Below, piece after piece: positions 10,431 to 20,751 of a DNA stretch of 64,000 bases. Below the pieces are notes generated by a model. The model was given only the letters and a program-made list of their open reading frames with translations, was not told the origin of the DNA and searched no databases. Source of the stretch: an uncultured beta proteobacterium (GTDB lineage: Bacteria; Pseudomonadota; Gammaproteobacteria; Burkholderiales; SHXO01); contig CAVUHQ010000024.1 in assembly GCA_963741215.1 (NCBI GenBank), positions 10,389 to 74,388 on the forward strand, written 5' to 3'. A program made the translations under genes and the position numbers. Position 1 is the stretch's first letter, and the number at the start of each line of letters is the position of its first letter.

Positions 10431-13400
10431 GCGACGCCAGCGTCGTCTTCCTGCCGTGGGTGCGACAAGGGCTCGCGGCGCGCATCGCGACGCCCGATCC
10501 GCTGACGACGCCGCTGCCGGCGCAGGCGCCGCTCGGCGTCACGCTCGGCGTGAACAACATCGACGCCGCGTCGGTCGGCGTGCGGCTGTTCGGCCCGGCC
10601 GACGTGATCGGCATCGATCCGCGGCAGGTCGTGCGCACCGAGCCGCCCGCCGGCACCGACGACTACGAGTCGAACGATCTCGCCGCGGTCGAGTTCGACA
10701 ATCCCGATCTGCCGTGGCTGTTCACGCCCGCCGCCGCCGATGCGCAGGGCCGCGTGCGGCCGTGGATCGTGCTCGTGGTCGTGCGCAAGCAGGACGGCGT
10801 GCGGCTGCGCCCGCCGCGCACGGAGCTGCTGCCGGTGCTCGAAATCGGCGCGCCCGCGGTGCCGTCCGCACGAGCTGCCGGATCTCGCCGACTCGTGGGC
10901 GTGGGCGCACGCGCAGCTCGGCGGCGCAAACAGGACGCGACAGAGGACGCGCTGCGCAACGTGCTGGCGACGCGGCCCGAGTTGTCGGTCTCGCGCCTGC
11001 TGTCGCCGCGACTGCTCACAGCGAACACCGACTACATCGCGTGCGTGGTGCCGGCGTTCGAAGCCGGACGACTCGCGGGACTCGGACGGCACGCCGGACG
11101 CCAACGCCGACGCTCATCGCCGGCATGGAGGAGCGGCGCCGAACGCGCCGGGCAGTGTCACGCTGCCGGTTTACTACCACTGGGAGTTTCGCACCGGCGC
11201 GCGCGAAGACTTCGAGTCGATCGTCGCACGCTCGCGCCGCGCGATTGTCGCGGACACCGTCGGCCGGCGTCCGATGGATATCAGCGCGCCCGGCTTCGTC
11301 CTGCCGCAGACGACGCCGCCGAGCGTCATCCCGCCGGTCATGCTCGAAGGCGCGCTGCAGCCGGTCAACGCGCCGCGTGCGCTGTTCCCCGACGACGCGA
11401 CGAAGACCTGGCAGCAGAAGCTGCAGTCGATCGTCAATGCGCGGGCGCGCGTGCACAGGACGCGAACGCCGAACCGGTGCTCGGCCCGCCGATCTACGGC
11501 CGCTGACTACGCGGGCCGCGATCAAGTCGGCGCCGCGCAACCGCCGACCTGGCTCGACGAGCTGAATCTCGATCCGCGCGAGCGCGTCGTCGCCGCGCTC
11601 GGCACGCGCGTGATTCAGGAGCAGCAGGAAGAGCTGATGGCCGACGCGTGGGAGCAGGCCGGCGAGATGGCGAAGGCCAATCAGCGTCTGCGGCAGATGC
11701 AGCTCAGCCTCGCGATCACGAGCCGGCTGCACGCGCGCCACGTCGAGCGCATCGACGACGACGACACGCTGTGGCGCTTCGCCTCGCCGGCGCAGTCGCG
11801 TCTGGTCATGGCCGCGCCGGCGAACGCTGCGCCGGTCGACGATGCGCTCGATGCTCGTCGCGTCGTCGACGCCGACTGTCGTCACGTCGCCCGCGATGCG
11901 CCGGCTCGCGCGTCCGGCCGGCGCGATCAGCCGCCGCGCGGCGACCGCCGTGCGCATGGCGGGAATGCAGGCGCCGGCGGCCACGGACGGCGCGGCGATC
12001 TCGTCGATGTTCCGGCTCTATACCGCGCAGCCGTGGGTGATGATCTTCACGCTGCCGCCGACGCGCGGCATGGTGAGCTTCGATGCGGTGACGAGCCGGC
12101 TGCCGTCGCAGTTTCAGAGCATGACGTTTGCGCGCGGCAACGACGCGCGTCGTCGGTCGACGCCGCCGCGTCCAACGTTCGTGGTCACGGGTGAACCGGC
12201 ACCGGTGATCAGCGTCATCGGTGGCACGGTCCTGGGCGGTGGCGCGGCAACAAAGGCGGCGCGTATGCGCCGCAGCCGCTCTGCGTCCGATCGGCGACGG
12301 CGGCGATGGCGACCGCCCCCGCCTCCACCGCCCCCGACCGCCTCCGCCACCGCCACCGCCGCCTCCTCCACCGCCGCCGCCGCTTGGACAGCGCCGACGC
12401 GGCGGCCTTCCGCGCGGCGGCCGTGCGCCATCTCGGCCTCGTGAATCCCAGCGCCCTGGTTCATCCTCGCGTTCGGTCCACGCTGGTCGTGCTGCGAAGC
12501 CGCATCGGTGCGCACCGGAAGTCCGCGCGCTGCTCGATCCCGCGCCGGCGCTCATGCTGCGCATGCAGGCGACGATTCGTCTTGCGGACGACGCCGCGCC
12601 GCCGGCGATCGGGCAGATCGGCAGCGCGCCGCGTGTTCACGCAGCCGATGTCCGAACCGCTCGCCGCGTTGTCGCAGGACTGGCTGCTGCCCGGTCTCGA
12701 GCGCGTGCCGGTCGACAGCGTCGCGCTGCTCGAGCCGAATCAGCGCTTCATCGAAGCCTTCATGCTCGGCCTCAACGTCGAGATGGGGCGCGAGCTGCTG
12801 TGGCGCGACTTCGTCGTGGACGATCCGCGCGCGACGTTCTTCCGCCGCTTCTGGCGCACGGTCAGTCCGAAAACCGACGGCGACATCGCGCCGATCGCCG
12901 ACTGGGGCACGCGCAAGCTCACCGAAAACAAGCCGGCCGGCAGTCCCGGCAAGCAAGTCGTGCTGCTCGTGCGCAGCATCTTGTTCCGCCGCTATCCGAC
13001 GGCGGTCGTGTATGCGGTGCCGGCAGTGCCGGTCGGCAACGGCCGCCAGCCCGGTCCGATCGAGCAGGAGATCCATCCGCTGTTCCGCGGCTCGCTGCAG
13101 CCCGACGTCACGTTCTTCGGCTTCGATCTCGATCCCGACGGTCGCGACCGGCAATCCCGGCTGGTACTTCGTCATCCAGCAGCAGCCGACCGAGCCGCGC
13201 TTCGGCTTCGATGTGGAGATCGATTTCGGTCAGGCGACGCACGTCCCGCTCGCCGCGCCGCCGGCCGGTCACGCGCTGCCCGCCGGAACGACGTGGGCAT
13301 TCAACTCCGCGCACATGGCGCAGATCACGCGCCAGCAACCGGTGCGCGTGGCGATTCATGCGTCCGAGCTGATCCGGACTGCGCCGGATACCAAGCCGCC

Positions 13401-13479
13401 GACCGCGCCAGCTACGCAGGCCGACTATCAGGCGGGATCCAGCCAAGGCCGCACCAACGCACAGCGGAAGACCAAATAG
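10427..13479 (+). CDS. operon gene C: ~1017-aa hypothetical protein with Pro-rich linker (many apparent frameshifts)
   Basis: ATG 10427 overlaps the B stop (ATGA at 10427-10430), and GAGGAG lies 6 nt upstream. The gene is stitched from ORFs 10187.., 10740.., 11842.., 12221.., 12306.., 12508.. and stops at TAG 13477-13479. Motifs: MSDASVVFLPWVRQGLAARI, NPDLPWLFTPAAAD, SWAWAHAQL, LPVYYHWEFRTGAREDFE, NPGWYFVIQQQPTEPRFGFD. No family recognised. Confidence 0.7.
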
Positions 13480-13481
13480 CC

Positions 13482-16400
13482 ATGGCTGCACGACTGCTTC
13501 CTCCGCCCGGCGATCTGCTCTCGTTCGCTGCGCCGGCGCTGCCGCCCGAGCTGACCGCGACGCTCGCGCATCGGACGTGCCGCTGCTCCTGCTGCCGGTG
13601 CGGCTCGAGACGCGTTTCTTCCCGCTGCCCGACGCCGCGACTCAGGAGCTGCGCGTGCGCGTGTATCCCGATCAGGTCCACGTCGATTCGCACGAGCCGG
13701 GCTTGTCGCAGGACGAGCTTCTCTGGGGTCAGCATTTCTGGCAGCAGATCTGGCGCGCGGGGCGCGACGAAGCCGGCGAGCGCGCTCGCGTGGCAGCAGC
13801 TCTGCGATCGCTTCGATGCGCAGCGCGCGGCGTGGATCGCGCGCGCGTTGAGCCCGACCAACGTCGGCGACTGGCCGTCCGCGCCGATCCCGGCCGACAA
13901 GCCGTTGCCGGTCGAGCCGAAGCTCGCGCCCGCCGCGATGCAGAAAGATCCGACCGGCGGCACGCTGGCAGCGCGCGCCGCTCGCGCGCGCGATGCCGCA
14001 ACGCTGGATCGCGGTCGCGACGCGCGCGCGGTGCGCTGGTTGCAGTACGCGCTCGGCGCACCGGTCGATCGCGAGCCCGCGGTCGGCCCGAATCCAAACG
14101 ACACGGCTGCCGCGACGGACGACCAGCCCGCGCATCGACGAAGGCATGCGCTGGATGGTCGACTTCAACGACGCCGAGAAGCACGGCATGGCGCTGCGCC
14201 TGAAGGTGCCGACGGCGATTGCGCAGCAGGGCATCGATGCGCTGGTCGTGTTCGGCGTGTCGTCGCTCGATCCCGCGGCGGCGTCGACTGCCATCGCCTC
14301 GTTGCTCGATGCGCATCACTACACCGATGGTCTCGGTTTCCTGCGCGTCGGCACGCCGACCAACAACAGCGCCGAAGCGCCGTCCGGCTGGTCGTCGCAG
14401 GATCCGATGCACGCGCGCAGCTTCGGCATCGAATGCCGCGCGCCCGCGGTGCCGAGCGGCAGCAACGCCGACGTGCTCGCGCGCGCATTCGGCTTCGACG
14501 CGACAGTGACGCACGCGACGTTGCGCACCTTGTGGGACGCATCGCTCATCGAGCAGATCGACGCGCAGACAGATGGCAACCGCGTTGTGGCCGGCGACGT
14601 GGGGCTACTATCTGATGAACCTGATCGGCCTCGAAGGCACCGGCCTCACGCTCGAGGCGATCGCGTGGGCGCGCGAGCATTTCATCGCGAACGTGCGTGC
14701 GTTCGGTCCGCTGCCGACGTTGCGCGTCGGCCGTCAGCCCTACGGCGTGCTGCCGGTGACGCCGCTCGGCGGCGATCCCGCGAAGATCGCGGACGCGCGC
14801 GAACGCTGGCTCGCGACGACGTTGAAGACGCTCTCGGATCGGCTGTGGCATCCGCGCGTGCCCGACGTGCCGCGCGTCGGCCGCAGCGACGATCCGGCGC
14901 AGGATCTCGCGGCGGTATTGAAGAGCGATGCGGTCGCGTCGTCGTACCGGCTGCGTTATCTGCTCGGGCCGCGCTACATCGATCATCTGCGCAGATTCAT
15001 CGGCGAGGACCTGAACGCGAGCGGCTGGCTCGCGGCGCAGGATTCGGTGTCGCGCGCCGTGCTGAATGCGCTCGGCTTCAGCTGGCATCCGCGTCTGGAG
15101 GATGCGGCGTACTCGGACGGCCAGATGGCCGTCTCCGCGCCGCTCGTGCAGGCCGGCGAGCTCGACGGCGTGGCGACGCTCTCGCCGAACTACATCACCA
15201 CGCTGCTCACCGATCCGCCGCTGCCGGCGACGGAGACCGCTCCGCCGCCCGCGATGCCGGCGCCCGCGACGCTGCTGCACATGCTGCTGCGTCACTCCGT
15301 GCAGCTCGAGTACACCGCCGCTGCCGCGCGGCACGTGAGCAAGGAGCCTGGCGCAGCACCGCTCACGAGCCTGCTGCGCGAGCGCGAGCTCGTCAATCTC
15401 AACGCGGCGACGGCCGTGACGACCTGGCGCATGTTGCTCACGCGTCCGACCGGCCAGACCAACAACGCGCCGCCGGCCACGTTCCTCAAAGCGATCACCA
15501 AGTTCGACACGCCGGAGTTGAAGCCGCTCGGCGAGCTGCGCGCCGCGCTCGCGCATCTGCAAGGTCTGCCGCCGGCAACGCTCGAACGGCTGCTCAAAGG
15601 CACGCTCGACGTTGCTTCGCATCGCGTCGATGCCTGGATCACGTCGCTCGCGACGCGGCGTCTCACAGCGCTTCGTACGCAGAAACCGGCCGGCCTGCGC
15701 ATCGGCGGCTACGGCTGGGTGCTGAATCTCAAACCCGACGGCGAAGCAGGCGCCGGTCGCGACGCCGGCCGGCGAAACCGGCCAGGTGTTCGCGATGGCG
15801 GGCGACCCGGGCTTCATTCACGCGCCGTCGGTGATGCAGGCGCAGACCGCGGCGCTGCTGCGCAACGCGCACATCAATCATGCGCGCGAGGATGCGCAGG
15901 ATCTGTTCGCGGTGGATCTCTCGTCGCGGCGCGTGCGGCTCGCGACGACGCTGCTCGACGGCGTGCGCCAGGGCCAGCCGCTCGGCGCGGTGCTCGGCTA
16001 CCTGTTCGAGCGCAAGCTGCACGAGTTCGGGCACGACGCGGACATCGACGAGTTTCGCGCGCTCGCGCCGCTAAGGCCGGTCAATGCGCCGGGAACGCAG
16101 CCGGCCGAGTCGATCGCCGCGAACAATGTCGTGGACGGTCTCGAGCTGCCGAAGGCACTGCAAAGATTGTCGCGGCTCGGCTTCGGCTTCCCGACACCGG
16201 ATCAGCTCGCGCGCCTGCATACGGTGCGAAAGAGAGCTTGCGCTCGCTCGACGACGCAATCGACGCGCTGAGCGACGCCGCGGTCGCCGAATGCGCGCAT
16301 CAAGCGGTACGCGGCAACATCCTGCGCACCGGCACCACGTTGCAGGCGATTGCGAGCGGCGACGCGCCGCCGCCCGAGCTCGAAGTCGCGCGTACGCCGC

Positions 16401-17900
16401 GCACCGGTCTCGCGGTGACGCATCGCATCGTCGCGCTGTTCAACGTCGTGGCGGCGCCGGCTTCACCGCCTTCGCCGCGCGCGCTCGCCGAGCCGACGCT
16501 CAACGCGTGGGCCGGACGCCTGCTGGGCAACTTCAAGAGCATTCGCTTCGCGGTCGAGCGGCTCGATGCCAAAGGCGCCGTGATCAAGTCGCTCGATCTG
16601 CGCTTCAGCGAGCTTGCCATCCAGCCGATCGACGCCGTGTATCTCGCGCCCACACGTGCCGGCGATGCGACACCCGAGATCGACGCGCGTGCGCTCGCAG
16701 CCGGTGCAACGAAGATCGGCGCGCTCGCGGCCGGCGAAACGCTGCGCATCAATCGTCAGCGCAACGCGACCTGGCTGCCTGCGGAGATCGGTCTCGATGA
16801 GCTGGCCGAGCTCGCGGTGCGTGCGCGGCAGCTGTTCGTCGAGCGTGCGGTCGCTCGATGCGCGCGATCTGGTCGGCTTGCAGGGATCGTTCGACCCGCG
16901 CATCGACGCCGTCGAGTTCGATGCGCGCGCGAAGGCCGCGCAGAAGGCGCTCACCACGGCAACAGCTGCGCTCGCATCCAAGCTCAAAACGCCGTTGACG
17001 GCAGACATGACGCCGGTGCGCAACGCGATCATCGTGTTGGGCCGCTTCGGCATCGCCGGCTCGGCGCCGCTGCCCTCGGCGACCCCCGACGCGTTGCTTG
17101 CCCAGGCCGGCGCGGTAGCGAAGGAAGCGCAGGCCGCGAGTCGAACGCTCGCAGAGCGCCGCGACGCCGCTCGACATGCTGCGTGCCGTGTTCGGCGACG
17201 GTTTTCTCGCGCTGCCGCGCTTCACGATGGCCGATGCGACCGAGCTCACGAAATCGCTCGCTGCGAGCACGGCGTTGCAGGGCGGCGATCCGCTCGCCGT
17301 GTATCCGTGGTTCCAGCAGGTGCAGCGCGTGCGCGAGCCGGTGTCGCGTCTCGAGCGCGAGCCTGCAGGCGGCCGAGGTTGCCCGCACCGGCGCGACGCT
17401 TGCGCCTTGCAGTCGCGCAGCTGCCGCACGTCGATGGTGAGCGCTGGATCGGTTTGGCGGCCGACCCTGCGCGCGAGATGCCGTCCGGCAAGCTCTCGCT
17501 TGTCGTGCATGCAGATGCGACGCTCAATCTGACGCAGCCGCTCGCAGGCGTGCTGGTCGACGAGTGGGTCGAAGTCGTGCCGTCTGCGCGCGAGACGACC
17601 GCGATCGCGTTCCAGCACGACGCGCCCGATCAGCGCGCACCGCAGGTGATGCTGCTCGCTGTGCCGTCCTCGCCCGGCGAGCCGTGGACCGGCGCCGGAC
17701 TGCATCGCCTGCTGCTCGACACGCTCGCGCTGGCGCAAGTGCGTGCCATCGATGCGGAAGCGCTCGACACTGCGGTGCTGAACCCGATTGCCGGTGCGCA
17801 GGCGGTCGGCGAGCTCGCGCACTTCCTGCCTGCGCTGCATTTCGCGGTGAACGTCGACGGCGACGCGATATCGCCGGACTTCAAATCGCTCACGACGTAG
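13482..17900 (+). CDS. operon gene D: ~1472-aa hypothetical protein (many apparent frameshifts)
   Basis: ATG 13482 lies 2 nt after the C stop; the stop is TAG 17898-17900. The gene is stitched from ORFs 12306.., 13577.., 13993.., 14573.., 15786.., 16614.., 17176.. . Motifs: PLLLLPVRLETRFFP, LRVRVYPDQVHVDSHEPGLS, IDEGMRWMVDFNDAEKHGMAL, LPTLRVGRQPYGVLPVTPLG, LDVASHRVDAWITSLATRRL, GERWIGLAADP. No family recognised. Confidence 0.7.
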
Positions 17901-17916
17901 AACGCTAGAGAATCCT

Positions 17917-19663
17917 ATGGGATCGATCACGAGCTGGGTACGATTGGAGCCGCGCTGTCGCGACGACGACCTGAACGAAGCGGTGCATGCGCGCATCTAC
18001 GATCCGTTGTGGATGCTGGCGCGGCAGTGGCAGGCGGCGGAGTTCCAGGGCGAGGATACCGGCTCGCCGGTGCTCGCGCGCTGGCGCGCAGACAGCGCGC
18101 CGATCACGCGCTACTACGCGGGCGCGATCAAGAGGGACACGAACATCAGCGCGCCGCGCTACGACGCGAAGACGATGCCGCTCGAAGCGCTGGTCGAGCG
18201 CCAGCCGCTGCGCAGTCCGACGAGCGAAGGCTCGCTGCGATTGGCTGTCGAGTCCGGCATGCACTTTCTGCGCATGCTCGATGCGCAACCGATGTCCCGC
18301 AGCTATCGTCCCGATTTCTTGGCGCGCTTCGCACTGCAGCCGCCGACCGATGCGGAGCGTACGAGCGTCGACGCGGAGACGCTTTCGTATTGGAAGCTGA
18401 TGGCGACGCGCGCGCTGGACGGCCGTCGGCTCGTTGCGGCATTCCGCGATGCTGCCGGCAAGCGCATTCCGATACCCGCGAGCCTGCCGGTCGCGGCCGG
18501 CGACAAGGCGGAAGTCGATAGCACAATCAACGATTGGCTGGCGCAGCGCGATGCGCTGTTTACGCTGCCGCAGGCGAATGCGCCCGATGCGTGGAATTCC
18601 GAGCGGCTGGAGTATGCGTTCTCGATCGGCGGTGCGCCCGGGCGACGAAGAGATTCCGCTGACAGCAGCGCAGTACGCGGAAGGTCATCTCGATTGGCAC
18701 AGCGTCGACTACGATCCCGAGATCAATCTCGGCGCGGCTGCCGACAAGGCGACCACGTCGCTCGTGCGCGCAGTGATCCCCGCGCCGGTCACATTCCGCG
18801 GCGCGCCCGCGCAGCGCTTCTGGGAGATGGAAGATGCGGCGATCGACTATGGCTTGCTGCCCGCCGGCCCTGGCGACTTGCCGCATCTGATGCTGAGCGA
18901 GTTCGCGACCGGCTTCGGCAATGAGTGGTACGTCATCCCGCTCGATCTCGATGTCGGTACGCTCACCAAGACTCGCTCGCTGGTGATCACCGACAGCTTC
19001 GGCGTGCAGACTCTGATCTCTCCGGTGAACGATCCGTCGAAGCCGCAAACGGGCTGGTCGATGTTCGAGCTGAGCGGCATTGCACGGAAAGACACGCCGG
19101 CGCTTCTTCCTCGCTCAAATCTGTTGTTCCTTGCGCCGAGCCTGCTGAAGACCATCGACAGCCGTCCGCTCGAAGAGGTGTTGTTCATGCGCGATGAGAT
19201 GGCGAACATGGCGTGGGCAGTGGAGCACGTCGTTCAAGGTGCGATCGAGAATCGCCTTGAGCCCGGTGCGGTTCCCGATGCCCCGCAGACGACTTTGCCG
19301 ACGCCGAGCGGGCTACCGCAGTATCGTCTGGCGACCGATGTGCCGGTGAATTGGACGCCGCTGTTGCCGCAGCGGGTGGCCGATCCGCCGTCGCTGCGGC
19401 TGGTGCGTGCAGCGATGCTCGCGCCCGATGGATCGAACGTACGTCGTCACGCGCAGGGCGAGTTGTTGAATGCGGCGGCGAAGCTGGCGTTGTTCGACGA
19501 GGAGGTGCCGCGCGAGGGAGTGAAGGTCACGCGCCAGTTCGAGCACACGCGCTGGCTCGGCGGCAGCACGTTGCTTTGGATCGGGCTTCGCAAGCAGGTG
19601 GGCCGCGGGGAGGGGTCGAGCGCGCTGCGCTTCGACGATGCTGGGAGCGACACGTCCGGATAG
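17917..19663 (+). CDS. operon gene E: ~582-aa hypothetical protein (1-2 apparent frameshifts)
   Basis: ATG 17917 lies 16 nt after the D stop. ORFs 17917-18924 and 18434-19663 join near 18640. Motifs: RIYDPLWMLARQWQAAEFQGEDTGSPV, APAQRFWEMEDAAIDYG, GFGNEWYVIPLDLDVG, GWSMFELSG, VNWTPLLP. No family recognised. Confidence 0.75.
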
Positions 19664-19708
19664 CACGACTTGCGGCGCATGGATGCGCGGCTCGCGCGCA
19701 CGGGTGTT

Positions 19709-19730
19709 GCAGTCAGCGTGACTGTTCTGC
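19709..19730 (+). terminator. weak hairpin between the convergent operon end and the cyclase gene
   Basis: CAGTCA-GCG-TGACTG (19710-19724) is followed by TTCTGCTTC. The stem is short and the T-tract imperfect. It lies in the 68-nt convergent gap 19664-19731. Confidence 0.3.
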
Positions 19731-19731
19731 T

Positions 19732-20683
19732 TCAGCGCACCGCGACCGGCGCTACCGTCGACCCCGTGCCACCCTTGATCTTGAGCGGCTGGACGATCAG
19801 GGCGAACTGGTACACGCGCTTGGCCGCGAGCTCGTCGAGCTTCATGTTCTCGAGCAGGAAAATGCCGTTCACGGCCAGAGCGATCTGGTGCACCGGAAGA
19901 CTTAGATTCTTGTCCGGGTTGGGTGCGACCTCGACCGGGAAATTGTCCGCGCCCAGCAGCATTACGTCCTGCTTGGCCAGCCACTCGGCCGCAGCGACGC
20001 CGATGCCGGGGCAGCCCGCGTTGTACTTCGCGTTGTCCTTGCCCCACAGCTTGCCGAATCCGGTGTGGATGAGCACTGCATCGCCGGGCTGAATGGTGAT
20101 CGCCTCCTGCGCCAGAGCTGCCTGTATATCGTCCACCGTGATCTCGTAGTTCTGCGGCAGCATGTCGACACCTTTGAGTGCCGCGACATCGACCAGCACA
20201 CCGCGCGTGAACAACATTCCGATCTTCTCCACCCCGATCTTGGTGAATCCGTTGCGCGTGGCGATCTCGTCGGTCTTGATGCAGTTGTAGTGCAGCCCGT
20301 CGATGGACTGATGCGAGAACATGTCGAACTGGGTTCCTACCTGGCCCAACTCCGTGATGACGAGCTCTTCGTTGGTATAGCGCCGGTTCGTGCCCATCGG
20401 TCCGCCGGTGCGCTTGGTGTGAAGATCGAAGCGGCGCGTGCCGACCAGCGGCATGTCCATCGTCAGCGCCCACCCCAGCTCGATGACTTCACCCGTCTTG
20501 ATGAGCTGCGTCGCGCGCAAGCACTGTCTCTGGCCGCATATAGTTGGCCGCGCCGCGCTCGTCGGCGGCACCCCATTTCGACGGGCAGCGCTCCGCCGGC
20601 GCCGGGGGCTGCCAGGACTGCGCCAGCGTCGCTGCGGGCCACATCAGCGCACCCACGCACAGGACTGCGAACAGCTTGTTCAT
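19732..20683 (-). CDS. cyclase-family protein (kynurenine-formamidase-like fold), secreted (one apparent frameshift)
   Basis: ORF 19732-20571 has LIKTGEVIELG..., GTQFDMFSH..., PGDAVLIHTGFGKLW and LLGADNFPVE, typical of the putative-cyclase family. The N-terminal signal peptide MNKLFAVLCVGALMWPAATLAQS is in ORF 20489-20902 (ATG at 20683, AGGAGA upstream), so one indel falls near 20520-20570. Confidence 0.8.
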
Positions 20684-20751
20684 TACAGTTCTCCTCATTA
20701 CTGAAATCGATCTGCGTTGACGCTGCATGTCACAGCGATTCCCGCGGCAGC

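Noticed and set aside
8659-11104. 472-aa and 537-aa minus-strand ORFs inside the giant operon (also 11016-11984, 13428-14294, 14546-15817, 16749-17996)
   Set aside because: All are Arg/Ala-rich with no motif content. They lie opposite plus-strand sequence that stitches into long coherent proteins, so they are GC-driven shadow ORFs.
12221-13372. 383-aa ORF containing RPPPPPPPPPPPPPPL as a separate proline-rich protein
   Set aside because: It is one of three frames across gene C. Only short parts of it (for example VRALLDPAPALMLRMQATIRLADDAAPPAIGQI) fit the stitched gene C, and the rest is Arg/Ala-rich out-of-frame sequence.
3884-19663. Assigning the five-gene operon to a known system (Tc toxin complex, eCIS/T6SS, BREX/DISARM/PglZ-type defence, polymorphic RHS toxins)
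   Set aside because: It has no SpvB/VRP1/RHS-YD repeats and no sheath, tube, baseplate or PAAR signatures. It has no ATPase, methyltransferase or helicase. Its phosphatase motifs are the PhoD/calcineurin type, not the PglZ alkaline-phosphatase type.
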